DNA of 64,000 nucleotides from Selaginella moellendorffii (Eukaryota; Plantae; Lycopodiophyta): NCBI RefSeq assembly GCF_000143415.4, contig NW_003314386.1, positions 166,852 to 230,851 of the forward strand, read 5' to 3'. Shown piece by piece: positions 54,530 to 64,000 of this stretch (position 1 is its first letter; each line of letters starts with the position of its first letter). The notes under the pieces were generated by a model. It saw only the letters and a program-made list of their open reading frames with translations, ran no database searches and was not told where the DNA came from. The position numbers and the translations under genes were made by a program.

Positions 54530-55252
54530 TCAGCAAGCGGGGACCATGGACCAATTCTCGTCCTCGCGGATTTCGTCCACGAATTCATACTCCTCGTCTT
54601 CGTCCACCTCTCGATCATCCGAGGCCGAGGAGAACGATTCCCAGCTCCATCCGCCGTCGCCATCGCTTGACACGTCCTCGACTCCAGTGAGATCCCCGCA
54701 GAGATTGTCAATCTCGGGGGCAAATTCGCCCCCAATCTCCTCCTCAATCGCGGTCCCCTGCCGGGCTAGGGTATCATCGCCATCCTCCGATACAATCTCC
54801 GGCAGGGAAGCGTCGTCCTCCTCGAAATCCCCCTCAAAATCCTCGGAATCCTCCTCAAATTCCTGGTATTCCTGGAATTCCTCCACCGCCTCAACGATGG
54901 GCGCCTTGGATTTCTTGCCCAGCGCCGCGGCCGCTTTGTGGCTCTCCAGGAGCGAGAGGGAGAGCGCGATCCCTAGATCCTCCTTGTAGCGATCCACATC
55001 CAGGGAAACCTTCTTCACGGATTCCCTAGCAAAGGGCGTCCAGTTGTAGAGCCTGTAATCGGCCCCAAGGTCGTGGCCTTGGGCCTTGCGATTGCCCTTG
55101 GACTTGGCCCTGGATTTGCACAGCGGCTGCGTGTGGCGCTCGCCATTCCTGGACGAATTCCGGGGCTTGCTGGGCTTGGCGTTGATGATTGAGCCCTCCT
55201 GATCGTGCCTAGGGCGCTCCCATCCATGCTTCTTGTGGCCGCCCCTTCCCAT
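54530..55252 (-). CDS. Uncharacterised 240-aa protein: basic N-terminus, UIM-like helix, very acidic C-terminus
   Basis: Intronless GC-rich ORF with ATG. KEDLGIALSLSLLE fits the UIM pattern; family not recognised. Confidence 0.7.
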   Translation of the reverse strand: MGRGGHKKHGWERPRHDQEGSIINAKPSKPRNSSRNGERHTQPLCKSRAKSKGNRKAQGHDLGADYRLYNWTPFARESVKKVSLDVDRYKEDLGIALSLSLLESHKAAAALGKKSKAPIVEAVEEFQEYQEFEEDSEDFEGDFEEDDASLPEIVSEDGDDTLARQGTAIEEEIGGEFAPEIDNLCGDLTGVEDVSSDGDGGWSWESFSSASDDREVDEDEEYEFVDEIREDENWSMVPAC

Positions 55253-56261
55253 ACTACCTAAGAACCAAGAATAAACTGCTTCCGATTTTAGGTTGAGCTC
55301 GATTAAATACCAAGAATATCCTTTTGGGAGATATGCTGCCCTTTTCTTGGGGTGGAAGTAAAGTTAGTTCCGTCCATTAGTTTATTTTAAGGCTTTGATT
55401 TGTTTTGTTAGTTGATGATTATCTCTATATTATGCAAGAGTTGGTGTTGTGCTAGACATAGACGAAACCACTCGTCATAGTGTCATGGCAAGACTATAAA
55501 AAATACTGAGAACTTAATTCTATTATATAATATATAAAAGTTATATATAATAATCATTGCATGGTGGTTTGTAAAATAATATATAAACATATTAAGTATC
55601 ACTTATCTTAAGTAACAATTCATATCATGTAAACAATCACTAGCAACTTAATATCATAGGAATTATTTAAAAAATTTAAAATTCATAGATAATAATTTTC
55701 AATTTACTTCAATTTACCAAGCTGAAAATTAACATGCAATAATTTGAGAAAACTTTAATTAATTCACAACTACTAACCAACATACAATTTATAGTAGACA
55801 ATATTAATAGCAAATATAGATCTTTTTAGTAATTTTTTTGTTGTCTTCTGCATCACTTGGTTTTTTTTGGAAACATCCATTAATAATATCTTGAATACTA
55901 CTATTTTTTAACGTTATTTAAAATATTAATAATACAATACAAGTCATATATAGAATTTTCATGACTAAAAAATATTACAAAAGGACAAAAGAAACTTTTA
56001 ATAATTCATTAAGGTTTAACAATAATATTTTTTAGCCTAAAAACAATTAAAACAAAATAATTCAAGCTAATGCCTATATATATAGGTACAAGTTTTGATC
56101 TTCCAAAGAATGCTAAAACCATATCTTCCTTATTAAAATATCCTAGAAGTATATTCCTTTAAAATTTTACTATTTGCCTTTATTGCCATCCAAAACCTCC
56201 TTTGACTATCTATCACCAGGAAAATCCGAGACTTGGAGATGGGTAGGAGAAAGTTCCTCAT

Positions 56262-56311
56262 AACAGAGTGGCGCAGTGCTCATAACCCACAGGTCCCAGG
56301 ATGCTCTGATA
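56262..56311 (+). pseudogene. Internally deleted initiator tRNA-Met (CAT) pseudogene; further 3' fragments at 56554-56579 and 56647-56661
   Basis: CAGAGTGGCGCAG...CATAACCCACAGGTCCCAGGAT..GCTCTGATA matches plant tRNA-iMet with parts of the D-arm and T-arm deleted. TCCCAGTATCGAAACGTGGCTCTGAT matches its T-arm and acceptor. Confidence 0.8.
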
Positions 56312-57201
56312 TTATTTCGAACCAGAAAAATTGCATATTTACCTACACTGCTCTGACATTTTATGATATATTGATCCTCTCCATCATTTATAGATCATAA
56401 AACCAATAAATTCTTGCCTCTGCTATCTACGCTCTTGTTTGTTTTAAACACTTTGAATTTGAGCTTTGTGCTTGATTAAATAATAATGCTTATAATAATA
56501 CCTTTGACTTTTGAACAAAAAAAACACATAAAAACTAACAAGTTTATTCAGCATCCCAGTATCGAAACGTGGCTCTGATCAGATTTAATTTATATCTAAA
56601 AGGCAAGCTTATTTATTTCTTTATTTTTTCATATTAAAGTCCTTGTGAAACCGCTCTGATATATTGATAGATTTCTGTTAAAGCTAGAGTTCTAATAATG
56701 TGATTGCATGGAGTAAAGACCACTTTGGCAGCGGATGGTGGATCTTGTCAATAGTATGTAAGGTCTCCCAAGCTCAACCATTAATCAACAGGCATTGATT
56801 GAGCCTAGTTCATCAAGCTCCATAGTTTTAACTATGAAGACTGCTTTAGTGTTGTTTCTAGTGTTTGCTCCTCAAATAGAAGGGAGCTCTTGTCTGTGTT
56901 GGTGTCCATGATTAATCAGTATCCCTATTCATCAGTCAGCATTCACTCTTGGAAATGTCACAGAGGAGCAAGATATGCCCATCTCGCCAACATATATCTA
57001 CACTAATCTTGTTGTGGATCACAACATAAGACCACGAACCATCCTATAATGAAAAGATGGCAAGTGTTTCAGAGCTTCAATTAAACTCTTGCTCAAACCA
57101 AACATTTTCTTTTATGCTTAAGTTAACATAAACCTTTTTCCTCTAGCCTTTTGTCCTTTTATAAATAAGCTACCAATCTCGACAAAACCTAATCTTTAGT
57201 C

Positions 57202-58536
57202 ATGGCCTTGTCCAAGATGAAAGGATTTGCGGATAGATTGTTTACAGGGGCTACCAGGCTACTCAACATGGAGATCGATAGTCCCAAGCTCCCAATTCCG
57301 CTAGAGCAGAGGCTTCTAAACACAGGTTTATGTGTTTCTCTCCTCATCGTCAGCAGTAGACTACCAGTGTTTGGCATCACCAAATCTCTCAGCGAGAATC
57401 CTTATCAGTTACTCACAAATTCAAGCCACGGGACGCTCATGGATTTGGGAATCGCACCGCTCATCACCACAAACATGGCAGTGCAAGTGATGGCCAGTGG
57501 CAAGATTCTAAGCTTCAAGGACACGAAATCCATGAAAATGGTACAAAAGGTTGGGGGGCTGTTCTTGACGCTGGTTTTGGCAATCATGAACGTTGCTGGT
57601 GGGATGTATGGATCGATCGGAGTGATAAGCTCAATCATGGTGGTGCTGCAACTTGTTTCCACAGTTTTGATGATCATGTTTCTCGACGAGGTTTTGGAGA
57701 AAGGATATGGAGTCGGGACCTCAGCGAGTTCTTTGTTTGCGGCATGCAATGTTGCAGAGAGCTTGATATGGCATTCGTTCAGTCCCGTCACCGCCAACTT
57801 TCGAGGACGAGTTGAATTCGAAGGCGCCATAGTGGAAGCTTTTCGAGGATTGTTCCATGGCGGTTTCAACATGAGAACCATCCGGAGTATCTTCTTTCGA
57901 AGGCACCTCCCAAATCTTTGGACGCTGCTGCTGACTATCGCAGCGATCGGCGTGATTTTATTTCTTCAGTCTCTCAGCGTGGTGATCAAAGTGATCAATC
58001 CGAAAGGGCGGCGAATGGAGTATCCGATCGAGCTTTTTTACACTGCAACAACGCCAGTGATGCTTCTATCCCAGTTCGCGAGTAGTCTGGGAAAGACCTA
58101 CGAATGCATGGGTCAGATCTTGGGCTACAACAATTTCGTGATGGGAGTTCTCGGTGGGATGATTTACAACTTTTTTCATCCTCCAGCGAGCGTGATCCAA
58201 GAGCCACTCCATTTTCTCGTCTACTCCGTGTTCACGGTGGTGTCTTGCACTTTACTTTCCAAAGCGTGGATTGAGTTGTCTGGATCGTCTTCCAAGGATG
58301 TAGCGAAGAGGTGGAGAGAGGAAGGGTTGACGATCGTGGGACACAGGAGCTCCCACCTCCAAAAAGAGCTTGATCGATACATTCCAGCGGCGGCAGCGCT
58401 TGGAGGATTTGGCATTGGTGTTGTTTCCGTGGTGGCGAGTATGATGGGAGTGATTGGATCTGGAACTGGGCTCTTTATAGCAGCTGGCACCATTTCTCAC
58501 ATTCTAAGGACGATTCAGAAGGAGAAGCAGATTTAA
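57202..58536 (+). CDS. SEC61A: Divergent, intronless Sec61-alpha (SecY family) paralog
   Basis: GTLMDLGIAP, DEVLEKGYG, EFEGA, LPNL, YPIELFYT, WIELSGSSSKDVAK, RYIP and GSGTG correspond to Sec61-alpha motifs; about 10 hydrophobic segments. Confidence 0.92.
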   Translation: MALSKMKGFADRLFTGATRLLNMEIDSPKLPIPLEQRLLNTGLCVSLLIVSSRLPVFGITKSLSENPYQLLTNSSHGTLMDLGIAPLITTNMAVQVMASGKILSFKDTKSMKMVQKVGGLFLTLVLAIMNVAGGMYGSIGVISSIMVVLQLVSTVLMIMFLDEVLEKGYGVGTSASSLFAACNVAESLIWHSFSPVTANFRGRVEFEGAIVEAFRGLFHGGFNMRTIRSIFFRRHLPNLWTLLLTIAAIGVILFLQSLSVVIKVINPKGRRMEYPIELFYTATTPVMLLSQFASSLGKTYECMGQILGYNNFVMGVLGGMIYNFFHPPASVIQEPLHFLVYSVFTVVSCTLLSKAWIELSGSSSKDVAKRWREEGLTIVGHRSSHLQKELDRYIPAAAALGGFGIGVVSVVASMMGVIGSGTGLFIAAGTISHILRTIQKEKQI

Positions 58537-58783
58537 GCAAAAGGAGAAACAGTCAAAACTTTTTTGAGAATGATCAATTCACTTTAATTTCTGTAAAGCT
58601 TTGATCTGAAGAAAGAAATCAACAAGGTTTTCTCGAAACAGTAGACCTCTAGAAAAAATTTGTAGTGTTCTTCATGCATTTTCTGGTAATGCTAGCACAC
58701 TGAATATTATCATCTTAAAAAGGCTTTCAACCTTCGTTAAAGGCTCAGTGCTTTGGCAAAATTAGTTGAGATGAATACTTAAC

Positions 58784-60428
58784 TCACACGCTCACGTTTG
58801 TGACGGGCGGGCTGTTCTTGTCAACACGCTTGAAAATACCCGAGATCACCTGCATCGCAAACTACTTTAGCTTTTCTTAACAACGCAGCCAACTATCCGA
58901 CCTTTCCCGGGCCAAGTTCGTAGGCATTTTCAAGTCCTCTGCTGAGCAGCGTTTTCACGGTGGTCTCCCATTGGACTGGCGAGGTTACCTGTATCATGGA
59001 TCAACCAGTCAAGAGTCACGAGTCACGAGAGGTAAATCTTGCTTACTTGCTTAGCGAGTATCTCCTTGATGATTTTGGGATCCGAGTGAGGCTGCGCGTC
59101 AACGTTTGAAATCACCGGGATCCTGGGAACTTTGAATTCGATGTCGGCTAGAGCAGCCTCTAGCGTTGGCACGGCAGAGGCCATGTATTGCGTATGGAAA
59201 GCTCCTGCTACTGCCAGTCTTACCTGCGATTACGATCAAGTATGTATTGGATTCAACCTTTTGGCGCTCTCGAATCAAGCTCACCAGCATTCGAGCCTTG
59301 AAACTTTTCGCTTTTGCCTCCACGGCGTCGATACCTTTGAGACCGCCAGAAACGGCGTAGTTTCCCTGGACGAGAAATGAAAAAACCGGCAGAAAATGAG
59401 AGGCCGGACGCAGGCACTTCACTTACAGGACACAGAAAGTTGGCAATTTGAACTCGATCTTCTTCACTAACTTCTTCGTTGGCCGCATCACACAAAGCTT
59501 GAACTTTCACTGGATCGAGCCCGATGACACTGGCCATCCCCCCTTTTGTCGCGTCTGATGCAGCCTGAGATGAATAGATTAGTCTAGAAGCCAAAGCCTC
59601 AGTAAAAGGAGAACCTGCATGGCTTCGCCTCGCTTTTTTACAACCTTCAGACCATCTTCAAAGCTGGAAAAGGAAAGAAAAATGAGACACTAATGCGGCT
59701 AAACTCAACGAAAGCTACCTGAGCACACCAGCAAAAACGAGTGCGGTATACTCGCCAAGGCTCAACCCGCATGCTACGTCAATCGAATCGATGATGGCCT
59801 GGCCTCCTTCGCGTGCTCGCAAGGCTTCCACTGCAGCCAAGCTAGCAACATAGATAGCGGGCTACGATCAAATAGTTAGCTTTACTCATACAAAGCCAAT
59901 AGAATTCACAAACCTGGCTGATGACAGTAGAGTCGAGCTTCTCCTTTGGACCATTCATGCAAACATCGAGAAGGTCGTAGCTATCAGGAAGAAACGCTAT
60001 ACTTAAAGAGAGAGGAAAAGAAAAAAAGAGAGAGAGAAGAGCTCCAGAAACTCACCCAAGAATGTTGCTGGCTTTTGCAAAGAGCGCTGCTGCTTCTCCT
60101 ACTTCATGCGCACTCTTTCCCATTCCCAGCTCTTGCGCTCCCTTTGATCGATCAACAACACACAAAACTCATGACAACGAGAAAAAGAAGAACCAAAAAA
60201 TTCGCAGCCTTTCACCTGTCCAGGGAAGAGAAATGCTGTCCGCGGCTTGTAATCCCGGAAGAGATTATCCGCTGCAATCGTCTCGGCCTGGACGCCGACA
60301 CACCGGATCGGCGCCAATCGCCTCGCATTGCACCTTTCGACGCGAGATCCAGCGCAAGGAAGCACAGAGGACGACGATGCGAAGATCCCTCGCGTAGTGG
60401 CGCCTGGCAGCAAGCTCGACATCGCCAT
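58784..60428 (-). CDS. MCAT: Malonyl-CoA:ACP transacylase (FabD/MCAT) with organellar transit peptide, multi-exon
   Basis: TAFLFPGQ, catalytic CGLSLGEY, VAGAFHT, SPVQW and ELGPG motifs. Stop TGA at 58784-58786. Confidence 0.95.
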
Positions 60429-60597
60429 TGCTTGCCCTCACATCACAGACCTAGAATCTCCACAATTAAGAGGCTCGCTCTAGCTGCGCTCGTCCGTCCC
60501 CTCCGCGAGATCCCCAACGCCAATGGTTTTAGGGCATATAAAAGAATATGCTGTTCTTGAGGTAGTTTGTTTCTAGGGTTTGAGCAAAAGAAGGAAA

Positions 60598-63500
60598 ATG
60601 GAAGCGCTCAGCCTGTGCGGAGGATTCAAGCTCCGCCTGGCGGCCGCCGAGGATGCCGATGCCGCCACGGCCGCATTCCTGCCTCAGCGCGTGGCGCTTC
60701 AATCCACATTTGGAGCTTTCGATTTCCATTTCATCATGTAAGAATTTTGTTTCTTTCTTCTGTTGCTAGCGATCCCTTAGATTCTCTCCTTCCTGTTGCT
60801 AAGATCTCGCAGCGCATTGCCTTAGATTCTCTCCTTATTGCCTGCTGCTACAAATTCCATGCTCTTTAGTTTTGATTCTATCTCTTGTGACCGTGCAGTG
60901 AGATGTCCATCTACTCGTTTGTGGTGCTCAATGCCGACGACAAATTGGTGGCGTTTTGTTCTTTCAACGACGCGCCATCAGTTCCCGGGACTGTTGCGAT
61001 GAGAAAAATTCCTGACGCTAGAGCTTGGGCGAGGCAAGAAGCTTCGGATCTTGGATTCCTGGCAAGTTTCTTACTCTCGCGAGTATGATGTTTTAACGTG
61101 GTTTTTTCCTATCACAGACGGATAGCTTGTTATGGATGGAGGTGTGTGCGATGTGCTCGCTTACTGAGGATGAAATGCAGCGTTCTTCATCAGCTTTTAT
61201 GCGCGCTGTCTTTACCCTTTGTCCCGATATCCAAGCTGTTCTTCTTCCAAGTAAGTTTTCGTTATACACACGAGAGAATGAGTGTAAGCTTTGTATCGAT
61301 TTGTAGGCCCTGCACAATATCCAGTTTTTCCCCAGCTATTCAAGACGATGTCACGGACTTCTGATTATGGGCTTCTCATGTGTGCATGCTTGCGAAGGTT
61401 CGGGTCCTATCTTGTGATTACTAAGCTTTTAATGTCATTTTTCCTTCTCTCAGCATTAATAACTCATGAAGCCGGCTTACTGGATGATTTGTTTGTAAAT
61501 GTCCAGCACAGTTCTTCCGACCATGAAAATCAGAAGGGCTGTGGTTGAGGACAATGATGAGCTGCTTCCGGTCATTGAGCGGGCTCAGAAGAGGGGCTCG
61601 CCGTTGGCTCAAGTGCCTGAAATCGCAATTCCGTCTCAGCCTTACGCAGTTGCTAGACTCATTGCTGCTCAAGACAAAGACAATACCGTTTTCGTGGCGG
61701 AGGTAAGTTTTCTACTCTCTGTATGCCTCATGCAGTAGCCAGTGTTGTCACTTGCAGGTGGACGATAAGATCGTTGGACTGATGGCCATCACTGCTCTAA
61801 TCAGCAATGACTATTGCTTCAATTTCAATACTGATGACTATGACACGCTGACAAAGAAGGTAACGTGAAATCCATTCGTTCTAAGTTTTAACTGTTTTCC
61901 ATGTTAAAGGTGACGAGAAAATTCGAATTCACTGTCCAAGAGCCTGTGGCTGCTCAAGATTCTTCGGCTGAAGCTACACCAGGGAGTACACCGTTAAGCA
62001 CACCAGCAAGCACACCAACTCCGGAAGTGCCACAAAACCAAGCGGAGGCTCCTGCTGCTCCTTCTCCGGCCTCTTCGAATTCTCCTGCTCCGTCTCCTTC
62101 TCCTGCTCCTTCTCCAGCTCCTGCTCCTCCATCTCCTTCTCCAGTTTCTTCTCCAGTTCCGCAACAGGTCACTCAGCAGGTTACTGGTATTGCTGCTGCT
62201 GCTGCGACAAACCAGCCCGGTATGATCAATACTCTGTCTTGACAAGCAAATTTACTTCAATTTTCTCTAGGGGGCACTCCTGAAATGAAGGCTGAGGAAG
62301 CACCAAAAGTTCGAGTCGTGGAAGTCGACGTTCCTGTGGAGATTACGAACGCGTTCCAAATCAGCATGCTTTGCATCGAGGAAGAGTTTGAAAATCAGGG
62401 CATTGACTTCGTTATGTCGGCTTTCGAGGTCAGTGTAAATGTCATTTCTTTTTGCGGTGTCTGACTGTATGATACGTTGTGATTGAAGCTAGAGACTAGA
62501 GATTACTGTTTGGTGGGCTTTCCATACACCAGTCGGATACATCCGTTGCTCCGACTGTTTGCGAGAGTACCCTGCAGATCTTCAAGGAAAATTGAAAACG
62601 TCAAGCTGCCGGAAACTCGTGTGATGACGGATCATCCCCCAGACCTGTCAATCGCTCATTTATGCCTATATCTTCTTCACCGTGATTCTTTGGCTCCTGT
62701 AAGTAACTTTTGGTGACAAGAAGCCAGTTCTGAGTACGTGAGTTTTACAGAACTTCTTACTGAAATGATCAGGGATTTGAAGTCCGACATACTATGTCCC
62801 GCGATGCTGATGCTCTTGCGGAGTTCTTGGCAGATTTTAAGGACTGCAAGAGCATTGTCGACTTGGTCGAGCATCCACGAAAAGGATGTAAGTACTAGAG
62901 TTTTTTTTTACTGATGTCGTGTAACTTTTCGTACTCCAACCAGGCCATACCATAGTCGCTGTGCTGTCTGCTCAAATTGTTGGCTTGGCAATGATTGAGG
63001 AGACCGTTCCTGTGGAAGCTCTGACAACGCAGTTTTGCGTCAAGTCCTTCATCAATCTGGAACATCACCCTCCAGCAAACCAAGCGTGCGTTACTCTTTT
63101 GGCACTGAGTCCAATTTTTCGTCATCGCAGAAAACTATTCCTGAGAGAGATCATGCGCCAGACAGAGAAAACGCTGCTCTACTGCCCCATTTTTCCAGAC
63201 CAGGATCTTCCCGACGTTATTGAAGACATGCTGCTAATTCCCGCAAGACAACACGTTTATATGAGCCCCTCTCAGAAGTGGGGCAGACATCCCGAGACTA
63301 TTGGACCGTCCAAAAGAGCCTTACGGCGAGGGTCAGTTGCAAACTTCTCACCAAGGGGACTATTTTCCGGATTCGACTGTGCGCTTTACTTCACCACTCA
63401 CAGGCTTACAAGCAGGCACAGGATTCCTGTCAACTCGAAAATTTTAGTTGCCGGTGCGTCGCGCACCGCGGAGGCTTTTCTTCACAAGCTCATTGCGAAT

Positions 63501-64000
63501 CCTCTGATGCAGTTTACAAACGTCACGTTGGTATCTCCGTGCGGTTTTATGGGATTCTCGTCGTCAGCAGCTTCCATTCTCGACGTAGAATCAGGCCCGG
63601 CACGGTGCTTCAGTAAGCTCGGGATTGATTGCCAGGTCGGACTAAAGTCGTCTCTCGTGACTGACTTCGACAGGGAAGCGCAGACGATAACACTCAAGAA
63701 CGGGGAAGTTCTATCGTATGATCTCTTCATTATGACAACCGGGATGCAAGACCAGACGGGGTGCAAGCTTGGGATCAGTGCAGTGAAGGAAGTTATCCGG
63801 GCGGATGAGTTCCTTGCGAGGCTGGACGTCATTACAGGGTCACTTGAGAAGCTTAAAGTCCCCCGCGAAGTCCTTGTCGACGGTGAAGGTCACGCAGTGG
63901 TTTACGGCTCCACTTTAGAAGCTTTCTACGTTATCCAGCTCTTGCTTTCCAGAGGACTGAGGGGATCGAACATCGTACTGTGCCACGCTGAGAAGAAGTT
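60598..64000 (+). CDS. CFAP61: Cilia- and flagella-associated protein 61 (CFAP61), 5' part, runs off the window
   Basis: IRRAVVEDNDELLP, NAFQISMLCIEEEFE and VNSKILVAGASRTAEAFLHKL...FTNVTLVSP (Rossmann-like) resemble CFAP61. Many ~50-bp introns. Confidence 0.85.

Noticed and set aside
55410-55480. GACGAAAC...GTC resembling a hammerhead ribozyme core (also at 322)
   Set aside because: There is no CTGANGA box with a pairing stem II at a suitable distance in either copy.
56834-56911. Short signal-peptide-like ORF MKTALVLFLVFAPQIEGSSCLCWCP*
   Set aside because: Only 25 codons with no supporting homology; possibly a gene relic but unsupported.

Overview
Eukaryotic land-plant genomic DNA, most consistent with a compact lycophyte genome such as Selaginella. 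This is inferred from ~50-bp introns, a PLS-class PPR gene and a flagellar CFAP61 gene. The left half (1-35.4 kb) is a decayed tandem duplication of a [ZW10 - lectin-fusion A - lectin-fusion B] unit, interrupted by AT-eroded Ty3/gypsy remnants, a 100-N gap and a complete 6.5-kb non-autonomous LTR element with satellite-bearing LTRs. The right half is gene-dense: an SPL8-clade SBP-box TF, a PPR, a SAPS/PP6 regulatory subunit, a kinase-less LRR receptor, a LEA-like gene, PEX6, an orphan UIM plus acidic-tail protein, tRNA-iMet debris, a very divergent intronless Sec61-alpha, MCAT/FabD and the 5' part of CFAP61. The best candidate for an undescribed system is the four-copy family of secreted, intronless two-domain proteins (unrecognised ~130-aa N-terminal domain plus GNA/bulb-type mannose lectin). 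Next come the divergent Sec61-alpha paralog and the UIM/AIM orphan. Exon boundaries were read by eye and family assignments rest on recalled motifs, not database searches.
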